Source: a virus
Virus record (IMG/VR): IMGVR_UViG_3300025536_000015
Length of the DNA: 64,000 nt
Direction: 5' to 3' (one strand)
Shown one piece after another: positions 9,609 through 18,517 of this stretch. The translations under genes and the position numbers were made by a program. Numbering within the stretch: position 1 is the stretch's first letter; each line of letters opens with the position of its first letter. The notes below the pieces were generated by a model that worked only from the letters and a program-made list of their open reading frames with translations, made no database searches and had not been told where the DNA came from.

Positions 9609-9922
9609 GACATATCAGCCAAAGCCTGGCCTGCCTGTTGGTTGCCGCCGCCGCCGCAACCTTGAGCGGGTGCGTCGCCACCCGTGACGACCTCCGCCGC
9701 GCCGACGAGGCCTTCCTGCGCGCCGGGCTGACCGTCGCTCAGGCGGAGGCGCAGCTCGGGACATCCACGGGCCCCGTCACCGTCCTGGCGACCGCGCGCC
9801 GCAGTTGCACCACCGCGCGCTACACCCGAATCTACGGCCTGGCCGGCATGGCCCCCGTCAACGACTACTACCTGACCTACTGCGGCGGCCGGCTCGTCAC
9901 CTGGGTGATCGAACGACGATGA
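9605..9922 (+). CDS. Predicted lipoprotein
   Basis: Signal peptide ending in lipobox LSGC. Confidence 0.65.
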   Translation: MRHISQSLACLLVAAAAATLSGCVATRDDLRRADEAFLRAGLTVAQAEAQLGTSTGPVTVLATARRSCTTARYTRIYGLAGMAPVNDYYLTYCGGRLVTWVIERR

Positions 9923-10161
9923 AGACGCGCTTCCCCGAGATCGGCATGACCGTCCGCAAGCACTACAAGTGCGCCTGCGGCCGTTGGGTCACGCGCTCGA
10001 AACGCTTCTACCAGACGATAAACCCATACAACGTCACGGCCAGCGGCTTCATGAAGGACCAGTACCAGATCCTCGCGGAGTGCCGCCAGGAAGCCGCCGC
10101 CTGGACGCGCAAAAAGGATCCATGCACCCACAGCGCCCACGCCGTCAAGGAGATCAGATGA
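9919..10161 (+). CDS. Hypothetical zinc-ribbon protein
   Basis: ATGA-coupled; KCACGRW. Confidence 0.5.
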   Translation: MKTRFPEIGMTVRKHYKCACGRWVTRSKRFYQTINPYNVTASGFMKDQYQILAECRQEAAAWTRKKDPCTHSAHAVKEIR

Positions 10162-10376
10162 ACCGCGCCACGCTCGAGGAAGCCGAGGTCAAGTGCCGCC
10201 GCATCGGCACGCTCATCGGCAAGGACATGCCCGCCGGCTGGGGCTTCACCCTCATCCTGACCAGCTTCGGCGACAACGGCTACAGCACCTACCTCAGCAA
10301 CTGCCAGCGGCCCGACATGATCAAGGCCCTGCGCGAGATGGCCGACAAGCTCGAGAGCGGCGCACCGCAGCGATGA
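10158..10376 (+). CDS. Conserved hypothetical protein
   Basis: AAGGAG SD; GFTLIL...YLSN..R.DMI.ALRE. Confidence 0.55.
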   Translation: MNRATLEEAEVKCRRIGTLIGKDMPAGWGFTLILTSFGDNGYSTYLSNCQRPDMIKALREMADKLESGAPQR

Positions 10377-10603
10377 GCGAAAACTTGGATCCGTTCTGCC
10401 CGCATTGCAAACAGGCGATTGTCCCGCGTTATATTCGGATTCACCATATCCCGATGTGTGCCGATCTCGCCGCCGCAAGGGCCGCGCTGATGAAGATCGA
10501 CGACCGCGTGAACAATGAAGGCGATGACTCTCAGGCTTGTGTCAGCGATATTGGACACATTGCCCGCGCGGTCCTCGCCAAGCACACCGGGGGCAAGCCA
10601 TGA
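10373..10603 (+). CDS. Hypothetical protein
   Basis: ATGA-coupled; FCPHC. Confidence 0.45.
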   Translation: MSENLDPFCPHCKQAIVPRYIRIHHIPMCADLAAARAALMKIDDRVNNEGDDSQACVSDIGHIARAVLAKHTGGKP

Positions 10604-10752
10604 GCCAAGATAAAGTTCATAAATGCCGTGGAGACTACCGCACGGTTTGCGGGAAGAAATGCGGGAGAGTGTGGTGCCGAGGCCGCAATGGCAGAATTAA
10701 AGTAACCTGCCTGCGCTGTCGCCGCGTCTCCCCCAAGGGCGCGGGCAACTGA
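10600..10752 (+). CDS. Small Cys-rich protein
   Basis: ATGA-coupled; TVCG...VTCLRC. Confidence 0.45.
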   Translation: MSQDKVHKCRGDYRTVCGKKCGRVWCRGRNGRIKVTCLRCRRVSPKGAGN

Positions 10753-10896
10753 CGCGCGACACAGATCGATGGGTGGCCGCGCTGAACAAGCTCGCCCGAG
10801 ATATGGACGAGAATGCCGAGGCGATGCACGAAAGCGCCTGGAAAGAACAACTGGCCCCAGAGCGCGAGGCCTACACGAATCTGGCGAAACGCGGCC

Positions 10897-11010
10897 CTAC
10901 TGCGCGCAGGTGTTCGGCCAGACGCAAGGCTTAAACTGAGCGGCCGCCGGCGCGGGCCGGAGCGCGGCCCAGGCGAGCAGGAGCAACACGACGATCGCGG
11001 TGTTTTTCAT
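10897..11010 (-). CDS. 37-aa secreted peptide precursor MKNTAIVVLLLLAWAALRPAPAAA-QFKPCVWPNTCAQ
   Basis: Manual translation; n/h/c signal peptide ending AAA; 13-aa mature part with C-x5-C; too short for the ORF track. Confidence 0.65.
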   Translation of the reverse strand: MKNTAIVVLLLLAWAALRPAPAAAQFKPCVWPNTCAQ

Positions 11011-11072
11011 GCGCTCATCTTAGCGTAGCCCCCCGGCCGCGGTCCTTGACCGGAGTCAACTCCTCCCACTAT

Positions 11073-11102
11073 TTGCGTCAGGCGTATAAGCCCTGTTACC
11101 AT
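11073..11102 (+). promoter_or_regulatory. Candidate promoter TTGCGT-N18-TACCAT upstream of terS
   Basis: Extended -10 TG; same architecture as 18459 and 24752. Confidence 0.4.
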
Positions 11103-11109
11103 ATGACGC

Positions 11110-11760
11110 ATGCCGAGGAAGAAATCGGGCGAGGGAATCCAACAATACGAGGCCTTCGAGACCTGGTTCTGGATGCACCCGCGCTCGTTCGATAAGTTGG
11201 CGGAAGGCTTGAAAGTCACCTCCTCGATCGTGCGCGTCTGGCACGCAAAATATCGGTGGGAGGAACGCGCCGAGGAACGCGAGAAAAAGATCAAGACAGA
11301 CCTCGCCAACAAGAACGACGCCGAGGCGGTCAAGCAGCGCTCCAACATCATCAACGTGATGCAGGCCACCATGGCGCGCTACGCCGCCCGCCTGCTCAAA
11401 GACCCTGCGGTGCGCGACCAGCACGGCGTCACGCAGTACGAGCCGACTGCGGCCGACGCGGTCCGCGCCGCCCAGTTGCAGATCGTATTGGGAGGCGGGG
11501 CCACGAGCCGCACCGACATCACGATGGGCTCAGGCTTCACCGACGCCCTGCTCGCCATGGTGGGTGCCACCCTGCGCCGCGAGCTTCCGACCTGTTGCCC
11601 GAACTGCCGCGCCGACCTGGGCGGCCTGCCGGGGCGCATCAGCATGAAGCTCATCGAAGCCGCCTCCGGCCTGGCGGCCGACGCCGCCGCCGCCGTTCCG
11701 GTGCCGTTAGCGGGCTCCGTGGGCCGCGCCGAGAACCCCGACGAAGCGGGGCCGGAGTGA
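11110..11760 (+). CDS. Probable terminase small subunit
   Basis: N-terminal HTH (RSFDKLAEGLKVTSSIVRVWHAKYRWEER); position before TerL. Confidence 0.7.
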   Translation: MPRKKSGEGIQQYEAFETWFWMHPRSFDKLAEGLKVTSSIVRVWHAKYRWEERAEEREKKIKTDLANKNDAEAVKQRSNIINVMQATMARYAARLLKDPAVRDQHGVTQYEPTAADAVRAAQLQIVLGGGATSRTDITMGSGFTDALLAMVGATLRRELPTCCPNCRADLGGLPGRISMKLIEAASGLAADAAAAVPVPLAGSVGRAENPDEAGPE

Positions 11761-11960
11761 ACTCCCTGCGCGACCCGAAGGCGCTCGCCGGCAACGACCA
11801 GGACGGAACGATCTGGTGCGGCCTCTGCGCCTGGACGAGCAAGGCGCGCACGGTGGAGCTCGTAGAACACCGCGTCCAACAGCACCTGGCCGCAGCGCAC
11901 GGCCGGCGCGCGTTGTCGCGGTTCGACCACGACCTGCAGAAAAAGGTGATGCTCCCGTGA
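11757..11960 (+). CDS. Small C2H2-type zinc-binding protein
   Basis: WCGLCAW...HRVQQHLAAAH; GTGA-coupled at both ends. Confidence 0.5.
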   Translation: MNSLRDPKALAGNDQDGTIWCGLCAWTSKARTVELVEHRVQQHLAAAHGRRALSRFDHDLQKKVMLP

Positions 11961-13519
11961 TCCTGCAAAGCGCCGCGCCCGCCTTCGACCAAGCCGCCAT
12001 CGCCCGCCTCCCGTTTGCCGCCCTGGTCGCCAGCAGCATGCGCACCCTGGCGCGCGGCATCGACTCCGAGCACGTGCGCCTGCGCGACTTCTTCCGGCCC
12101 GCCTGGGGCATCGTCAACCCCGGCGTGCAGTACGTCCCGAACTGGCACAACGACCTGATCGCCGAGCATCTCGAGGCCGTCCACCTGGGCCAGATCAAGC
12201 TCCTCGACATCGAGATGCCCCCCCGCATGGGCAAGAGCTTCCACGTCTCGGTCGCCTTCCCGGCCTGGGAGTGGACCGAGGACGCCGGCGAGCGCTTCCT
12301 GTTCTCGTCGTACAACCAGAAGCTCTGCAACCGCCACAGCCTCGACCGCCGCGCCGTGATCTCGAGCGCGTGGTACCAGAAGAAGTGGGGCGAGTTCGTC
12401 ACCCTAGCCCCCGACCAGAACCTCAAAACGGAGTTTCAAAACACCGCGCGCGGGCACATGATCACGGCCCCGTTCGGCTCGAGCGGCACGGGGTCCGGCG
12501 GCCGGCGCCTGGTCATCGACGACCCGCTCAACCCGAAGCAGGCGAGCTCGAAGGTGCAGCGCGAGGCCGCCCACGACTACTACCGCGGCACCCTCTCCAC
12601 CCGCCTCGACGACGAGCACCACAGCGCGATCATCATGGTCGCCCAGCGCACCGACGTCGACGACCTGCAGGGCAAGTTCGTCAACGAGAAGGACGGCTGG
12701 ACGGTCCTGAAGATCCCGATCCAGGCCAAGAGCCGCACGGTGTACATCTTCCCGATTTCCAAGACGGAGAAGGTCTACGAGGCCGGCGAACTGCTCTGCC
12801 CGGCCCGCAAGTCGCAGAAGGGCGTCGACGCCCTGCGCAAGGCACTCAGCAACCGCGCGGCCGCGCAGCTGGACCAGGAACCGGAAGCGGCGAGCGGAAA
12901 CCTGTTCCCGCGCAACAGCTGGAAGAAGATGACGGAGATGCCCACGCCGCTATTCATCCTTAACGCCTGGGACACCGCCGTCAAGGAGCGCGAGGAAAAC
13001 GACCCGAGCGCCGGCCTTTGCATCGTCCTCCACGAGGGTGGCTTCCATTTCTGCAAAGGCGTCACGCACGGGCATATGCGCTTCTCGGAATTGAAACTCG
13101 CCGTGCGCGAGAGGTTTGACCTCGACCGCCCCGACGCCGTCTTCATCGAGGACAAGTCCAGCGGCCAGCAACTGATCCAGGAGTTCCAAGACGACCGCCA
13201 GGTGAACATGCCGCTCGTCGTGTTCAACCCCGACGACGAGGGGCCCGAGGCCGAGGCTTGGAAAGCCTGGTTCAAGATGGACAAGTACGCGCGCGCCCAA
13301 CTCGTTCAACCCTTGTGGGCCGCTGGCCGAGTGTCCTATGATCCGAACATGGAAGGCGCCGCCGACATGATCGCCGAGTTTGCGTCTTTTCCCAAAGGCC
13401 TTAAGGACCGCGTCGACGCCGGCGTCCACGGCGTGCGCTACTTGTCCCGCCTCAACCTGAACGCCCCGCCGACCGAGGAGGTCGAGCAGGCCGACGGCGA
13501 CATCACCGACGGACTCTAG
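11957..13519 (+). CDS. Terminase large subunit
   Basis: Walker A PPRMGKS, Walker B VIDDP, nuclease AWDTA...DRVDA; start probably GTG 11957. Confidence 0.92.
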   Translation: MILQSAAPAFDQAAIARLPFAALVASSMRTLARGIDSEHVRLRDFFRPAWGIVNPGVQYVPNWHNDLIAEHLEAVHLGQIKLLDIEMPPRMGKSFHVSVAFPAWEWTEDAGERFLFSSYNQKLCNRHSLDRRAVISSAWYQKKWGEFVTLAPDQNLKTEFQNTARGHMITAPFGSSGTGSGGRRLVIDDPLNPKQASSKVQREAAHDYYRGTLSTRLDDEHHSAIIMVAQRTDVDDLQGKFVNEKDGWTVLKIPIQAKSRTVYIFPISKTEKVYEAGELLCPARKSQKGVDALRKALSNRAAAQLDQEPEAASGNLFPRNSWKKMTEMPTPLFILNAWDTAVKEREENDPSAGLCIVLHEGGFHFCKGVTHGHMRFSELKLAVRERFDLDRPDAVFIEDKSSGQQLIQEFQDDRQVNMPLVVFNPDDEGPEAEAWKAWFKMDKYARAQLVQPLWAAGRVSYDPNMEGAADMIAEFASFPKGLKDRVDAGVHGVRYLSRLNLNAPPTEEVEQADGDITDGL

Positions 13520-13534
13520 CGAGGAGAACCGATT

Positions 13535-15253
13535 ATGCCCCCTAAGAAAACGACGTCCGCTGCTCCGAAGCCTGACGACAACGCGCCAGTTCTCGAGGAG
13601 TACGGTTCGGTGCTCAACAGCATCCGCGACGAGCTCGCTGCACAGCCGTGGGCCGTGGCGACGTCGAACAGCGATGAGTTCGAGGAAGGCGCGCCGCGCA
13701 GGACGCTCGTCGAGACCATCCCCGGCGGCGGCGTGAAGGTGACGGAGGGCGGACAAACGAAGATCATCAAGGCCGGGAAGAAGCTGACGGAGGCTGAGGC
13801 CGGTGACACCTTCAACCGCACGCTCTACAGCGAGGGAGGCTTGTCCGAAGGATACCTGACCAACGAAGCGCGCGTCGTCGCCATGCGCCAGTCGCTGATC
13901 ATGTACCGCGACGACCCCATGTATCGCGCCATCATTGACGGCTTCACATATTTCGTCATCGGCAAGGGCCTGAAGTTTAAGGCGCGCGACGAGAACCCGG
14001 CGGTGCAGGAACACCTCGACGCCTTCTGGAAGGAGTCTAAGATGGACGGCCGCGACGCCGACATCGTCCGCCGCTTCTTCAAGTACGGCGAGGTCCTCAT
14101 CCGCTACTTCAAGACCGGTGCCGGCGGCGGCCTGGCCAAGACGCCGCGCGTGCGCCTCGTTCCGTTCTGGCGCATCGACACCATGAGCGTCGACGCCGTG
14201 GATCCAGAGACGCTCAAAGGATTTAAGCTGAACAACTACAACGTCGAAGGCTTCAGCAGCGGTCCCGCCGAGGAGCTGGCCGCCGACGACGTACAATATC
14301 TTGTACATTCCGAGAACAGCGGCGGCCGCGGCGAGCCGCCGTTTCTCGTCGCCATGCGAGCCTGCAAGTGGTACGCCGACTTCATCCTCAACCGCGTCAC
14401 CCTCAACCGCTACCGTACCGCCTTCGTGCTGTTCAAAAAGATCACGGCTGCAGGGCCGAGTCGCGTGAGCACGGTGGACAACGCGGCGAGCAACGCGACG
14501 GCAACCGGCAAGAACGGCCAGCCGCAGAAGCGCCTGCCGAAGCCGGGCACGGTGGTCGTCCATAACAGCGGCATCGAGTACGAGTGGAAGTCCCCGCAAA
14601 CCGGCGCGATCGACGGCCAGGCCGACGGCAAGATGATCAAATCATACATCGCCGCCGGCGCGATGGTCCCCGAGTTCCTGCTCGGCGACGCCTCCCAGGC
14701 CAACCAGGACAACAGCCTCGTCGCCGACAACCCGTTCGTGCGCAAGGTCGAGTTTTATCAGGACTACTTCGAGGACGTCTTCGGCGAGATGTTCAAGCGC
14801 GTCATCGAGCAGGGCATCGCCACCGGCAAGATCCCGAAGACAAGCACCGAGACCGTGCTCACTGAGGCCGGGGCCATGAGACGCACGACCGCGCGCGCGT
14901 TGCGCAAGATCGGATTCGCCGAGGCGGCCGCCGCGATTGAGAAGCCCGGCAAGACCACAAAGGCTGTGCCTACCAGCACGGCTGTCGACATTGACTGGCC
15001 GACCCTCATCCAGAAGGACGCGCTCAAGGAAGCGCAGACGCTGGCGATCGACGCCAGCCTGGGCCTCGTGTCTGTCGAGACGATGCGCGGCAAGCGCGGC
15101 TACGACGACGAGGTCGAGGAGAAACGCCTCGAGCGCGACCGCGAACAGGGCCAGGACGCCATGGCCGCGGCTCGGGACGAGGAGATCGACGCCGAGGACG
15201 GCGACGAGCAGAACCCGCCCGCGAAAACCAAAAAAGACAAGGGAGCCGAATAA
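13535..15253 (+). CDS. Portal protein
   Basis: Size and position after TerL; portal-like pattern with acidic C-terminus. Confidence 0.82.
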   Translation: MPPKKTTSAAPKPDDNAPVLEEYGSVLNSIRDELAAQPWAVATSNSDEFEEGAPRRTLVETIPGGGVKVTEGGQTKIIKAGKKLTEAEAGDTFNRTLYSEGGLSEGYLTNEARVVAMRQSLIMYRDDPMYRAIIDGFTYFVIGKGLKFKARDENPAVQEHLDAFWKESKMDGRDADIVRRFFKYGEVLIRYFKTGAGGGLAKTPRVRLVPFWRIDTMSVDAVDPETLKGFKLNNYNVEGFSSGPAEELAADDVQYLVHSENSGGRGEPPFLVAMRACKWYADFILNRVTLNRYRTAFVLFKKITAAGPSRVSTVDNAASNATATGKNGQPQKRLPKPGTVVVHNSGIEYEWKSPQTGAIDGQADGKMIKSYIAAGAMVPEFLLGDASQANQDNSLVADNPFVRKVEFYQDYFEDVFGEMFKRVIEQGIATGKIPKTSTETVLTEAGAMRRTTARALRKIGFAEAAAAIEKPGKTTKAVPTSTAVDIDWPTLIQKDALKEAQTLAIDASLGLVSVETMRGKRGYDDEVEEKRLERDREQGQDAMAAARDEEIDAEDGDEQNPPAKTKKDKGAE

Positions 15254-15254
15254 C

Positions 15255-15548
15255 ATGAAGACCATCGACATCGAAGAAGCCGAGAAGAACAAGATCGGGG
15301 CCGCGGACCTTCGCGCCCTTTGCACCGAAGCCTACGTCGACCTGTCTGTAGGCACCGACGACGACCTGCGCAAGCTACGCGACATGATGATAAAGAAGCA
15401 CGGCAAGGTGCTCAAGGGCTTCTCCGACCTCGGCGACCAACGCTACTCCTCGCCCGAGGGCAACGAGTACATGCGCGACATGAACTACTACAACGAGCTC
15501 ATCCGACGGATCGAGAACGAAATGTCGTACCGGATGATCACGCTCTAA
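15255..15548 (+). CDS. Hypothetical protein
   Basis: GGAG SD; coding-like ORF. Confidence 0.55.
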   Translation: MKTIDIEEAEKNKIGAADLRALCTEAYVDLSVGTDDDLRKLRDMMIKKHGKVLKGFSDLGDQRYSSPEGNEYMRDMNYYNELIRRIENEMSYRMITL

Positions 15549-15554
15549 ACCGCC

Positions 15555-15764
15555 ATGGCCTCGCAGATGCCGCAGGAAAAGATCACGCTCCACTTGGACC
15601 TGTTGTGCCCAGTGTGCCGTGAGAACTTGGCCGGGCCAACGACGCAGGGCGTGGCCAAGCTCGGCCTAAACTTTCAAGAGATATTCCTGCAGCTGCCTCT
15701 GATCAAGAGCCGAGCCTGGGGCGGCTTCATGGTCAAGCACGTCCATCGGTGTCACCTGAACTGA
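15555..15764 (+). CDS. Hypothetical protein
   Basis: Packed ORF; CPVC. Confidence 0.45.
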   Translation: MASQMPQEKITLHLDLLCPVCRENLAGPTTQGVAKLGLNFQEIFLQLPLIKSRAWGGFMVKHVHRCHLN

Positions 15765-15767
15765 AAC

Positions 15768-15992
15768 ATGATGACTCGCGAGAACGTCCTGCGCAAGATC
15801 GCGTCTCTGAACAAGCTGGCCGCGGCCGGATCCGGCGCGACGCATGCCGAGCGCGACACCGCTCGAGCGATGGCCTCCAAGCTTGAGCGAATCTATCCAC
15901 CTGAAAAAACAGGAGATGGAGTCCAATGGTCGTATCAAAATGGAGCCGCTGAAATACGATTTACCTGGTCAACAGACACGACGACCTATTAA
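15768..15992 (+). CDS. DUF2786-like small protein
   Basis: VLRKIASLNKLA..GATHAERDTA..MA.KL. Confidence 0.55.
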   Translation: MMTRENVLRKIASLNKLAAAGSGATHAERDTARAMASKLERIYPPEKTGDGVQWSYQNGAAEIRFTWSTDTTTY

Positions 15993-16006
15993 ACTGGGAG
16001 GACTGC

Positions 16007-16507
16007 ATGCCGAACGATAAAGCGCCGGACTACACGACGAAGACCACGCGGCCGTGGGGCCACTTCCGACTGCTCGACCAAGGCCCCGGCTTCATCGTCA
16101 AAGCCATGCTGGTCAAAGGCGAGCAGCGCCTGAGTCTGCAACGGCACACGCATCGCGAGGAGCGCTGGACCGTTGCCATGGGGAACGCGGTCGCCACTGT
16201 TTCAGGGGTGAAACACGCGCTCGCTGCCGGAGACTCGGTTGTGATCCCGCGTGGTGCCGCGCACCGCCTGGCCAACCCCGCCAAAGAGCCGCTCATGGTT
16301 GTCGAGGTCTGGCTCGGCAACGACCTGCGCGAGGACGACATCGAGCGCCTCGAGGACGACTACGGACGCGTCGAGTTCGCCAAAGGTGGCGTGATCAGTG
16401 GCCCCCCCAAAGACATCAAGATCGGCAACGGCGAGAAGGAGCACGTTGTCCCGCTCAAGGAGACGAAGCACATCGAAAAGCACCCTGGCGGAAGGAACTG
16501 GGAATGA
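16007..16507 (+). CDS. Mannose-6-phosphate isomerase type II (ManC C-terminal) cupin with extra C-terminal motif
   Basis: RPWG...LSLQRH.HREE.W...HRL.N...VEVW.G..L.EDDIERLEDDYGR. Confidence 0.88.
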   Translation: MPNDKAPDYTTKTTRPWGHFRLLDQGPGFIVKAMLVKGEQRLSLQRHTHREERWTVAMGNAVATVSGVKHALAAGDSVVIPRGAAHRLANPAKEPLMVVEVWLGNDLREDDIERLEDDYGRVEFAKGGVISGPPKDIKIGNGEKEHVVPLKETKHIEKHPGGRNWE

Positions 16508-16734
16508 ATCCCCCAGAGGATAGTCGCTTCCAGTACGCGCACGGCCTGGTCTGGGACCGCGAGACCGAGCAGGGCGTGCCGCGCGCCAAGAACAACCCGC
16601 CGTCCTGCGACCGCGTCGCGGCGCTTTCGTGCTGGACGCCGAAGCCAAGGGTGATGCACGTCTACCGCCTACCAAACGGCCAGCACGTCTGGCAATGGGA
16701 GCCGCAGCCTCCCGGCGGTCAATATGCCCGCTGA
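16504..16734 (+). CDS. Hypothetical protein
   Basis: ATGA-coupled ORF. Confidence 0.45.
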   Translation: MNPPEDSRFQYAHGLVWDRETEQGVPRAKNNPPSCDRVAALSCWTPKPRVMHVYRLPNGQHVWQWEPQPPGGQYAR

Positions 16735-17887
16735 TCTGCCAGACGACGCGATAAGAATCCGCAACCTCTACCCGGTCATGAAGTGCGACCGCTCGGTGTG
16801 GAAGCGGATCATTGCTCTCTGTCGGAAAGGCGACGAAGCCAGCGTGTCCGCGGCCGAGGACCTGGCCAAAGCTTGCACCTCGAGGACTACGCGAACGCGC
16901 GCGCTACACATCGGCGCTCTCCGCAAGCGCGTTATGCGCCGTGCCTTCCTAGTCCAGCAGAAGCGCGATGAGCATGTCACGGCGGACGCGCTGCGCACGC
17001 TGGCCGACCGCGCGGACACGATCTTAAACCGATACGGGAAAACCGGCGCCATTCCTTCGAACCGATATCCGTCGATCGTAAGAGACCTATCCGATCGGAA
17101 CAAAGAGGCCTACGCGACCATTGCTCAGGGCTTCCAGGCCGCTCTCCGGGCCGCCGTCAAAGTGGGCCTCTCCCACTCCATGCAGAACGCGGAGGCCGTT
17201 GTAGCCCACGCCAGAGGCAAAACCACTGAGCAGGAATGGGCTGACCTGGAGCTTGTGTACCGATCCGGCTGCTACGTCTACGTTCCGCTTGACGAGGCCG
17301 ACCCTCTGAACCAGCAACTGACCTACGCGCCGAGCAGCAACGTTTTCAAAAAGCTGTTCAAAGGCGCGCTCAAGGACACGATGACGGCAGGGCTGTTCGG
17401 CAAGAGCAAGCGCGTTTCGAGCAGGGTCTGGGACCTGCGCGGCCAGAACATGGCGCAGATGAAGCGACTCGTGTCCGGCGGCATCGCCCGCGGCGAAGAC
17501 CCGGCCACGATCAGCCGCGCCATTCGGGGCCTACTCGTCCAACCGAAGACCCTGCGCGGCGCGGCGCGCGCTGATGCGACGCCAGGCGCTGGTTCATACA
17601 GGTCAGCCTACGCCAACGCCATGCGCCTCACGCGCACCGAGACCAACCGCGCCTACATCCTATCCGACACGATCTTCGCCGACAAGAAGGGCTGGAATCT
17701 GATCTGGCAGGTCAGCGCCGGCCAGCGCGAGGAGGACGAGTGCGACGACTTGGGTGGCAAGGAGATGACCCCGGAGGAGTTCGCTGACAATTATCCGCAA
17801 CATCCGCAGTGCTTGTGCTATTCAATTCTCGCGCCGAAAACGGAGTTCGATAGCCCGCTTTCGGACACGCCGGCGGACCCCGAATGA
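16724..17887 (+). CDS. Head morphogenesis / minor capsid protein (SPP1 gp7, Mu gpF-like)
   Basis: RLTRTETNRAY...W...ECDDL...PQHPQCLC. Confidence 0.8.
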   Translation: MPADLPDDAIRIRNLYPVMKCDRSVWKRIIALCRKGDEASVSAAEDLAKACTSRTTRTRALHIGALRKRVMRRAFLVQQKRDEHVTADALRTLADRADTILNRYGKTGAIPSNRYPSIVRDLSDRNKEAYATIAQGFQAALRAAVKVGLSHSMQNAEAVVAHARGKTTEQEWADLELVYRSGCYVYVPLDEADPLNQQLTYAPSSNVFKKLFKGALKDTMTAGLFGKSKRVSSRVWDLRGQNMAQMKRLVSGGIARGEDPATISRAIRGLLVQPKTLRGAARADATPGAGSYRSAYANAMRLTRTETNRAYILSDTIFADKKGWNLIWQVSAGQREEDECDDLGGKEMTPEEFADNYPQHPQCLCYSILAPKTEFDSPLSDTPADPE

Positions 17888-17907
17888 TGCGTCAAAAAGC
17901 AGTCAGG

Positions 17908-18037
17908 TCTAATGGATTGGAAGTCGCATATACGCGAGTTCCAATGGGTTGGATATCCAATGGGTTGGACAAACAGTCCAATGGGTTGGATATTTCGCCG
18001 CCCCCTATAAGGTACTTAAAGACAATTTGTAAAGACA
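17908..18037. repeat. Second copy of origin elements: iterons TCCAATGGGTTGGA (17940, 17956, 17977; degenerate 17908) plus 35/37-nt copy of the AT-rich tract
   Basis: Iterons are the reverse complement of those at 555-604; 18001-18037 matches 615-651 in direct orientation. Confidence 0.88.
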
Positions 18038-18071
18038 TGGTAGACAACCGCCCCCGCTTTTTAGAAAAAAG

Positions 18072-18239
18072 ATGAACAACAGCATATGCCAAGTCAGCGG
18101 TAAGATCATGCACGCGACCGCAGCGGCTGCGCACCGCCATATTCCGCGGAGAGGCGGCAAGCGAGAACGCGGCACGGCCTACCGTTGCGGCTACTGCCAC
18201 CACTGGCATACGACCTCGAGCATGACATCTCGATCATGA
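18072..18239 (+). CDS. Small zinc-finger protein (not in ORF track)
   Basis: CQVSGK...AYRCGYCHHWHTTS. Confidence 0.55.
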   Translation: MNNSICQVSGKIMHATAAAAHRHIPRRGGKRERGTAYRCGYCHHWHTTSSMTSRS

Positions 18240-18240
18240 C

Positions 18241-18444
18241 ATGACCGGCTACGAGCGCGACCCGTTGGTCAAGTGCGCACGTCAGCGACCAGTGTGCGGC
18301 CACACTCGCCGCGAGCACGGCAATGGGAAATGCTTCGGCGTGACCTTCGCTGTTGGCGTGGCCGGCGACTGCCACTGCAAGGGGATGATGGAGCCGCCGG
18401 ACCCAGCGCGATTTGCACGCGAAGGCGAGAGAGTTGACGAGTGA
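18241..18444 (+). CDS. Small Cys/His-rich protein
   Basis: CGH...EH...C...C.C. Confidence 0.45.
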   Translation: MTGYERDPLVKCARQRPVCGHTRREHGNGKCFGVTFAVGVAGDCHCKGMMEPPDPARFAREGERVDE

Positions 18445-18458
18445 TGACAAAAATATAT

Positions 18459-18488
18459 TTGCGTTGCGAACTGCCCGCATGGTATAAA
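18459..18488 (+). promoter_or_regulatory. Candidate promoter TTGCGT-N18-TATAAA
   Basis: Extended -10 TGGTATAAA; AT-rich upstream; 30 nt before the SDR start. Confidence 0.55.
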
Positions 18489-18517
18489 CTTCCCAACATG
18501 ATCTACAAAGCCAGCTG

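Noticed and set aside
11046-11059. Palindrome TTGAC-CGGA-GTCAA upstream of terS as a pac/cos site
   Set aside because: Single short dyad; packaging ends cannot be inferred without read data
17908-17990. Short spaced repeats as a CRISPR array
   Set aside because: 14-bp repeats with 2-18 nt gaps, no cas genes, and identical to the rep iterons
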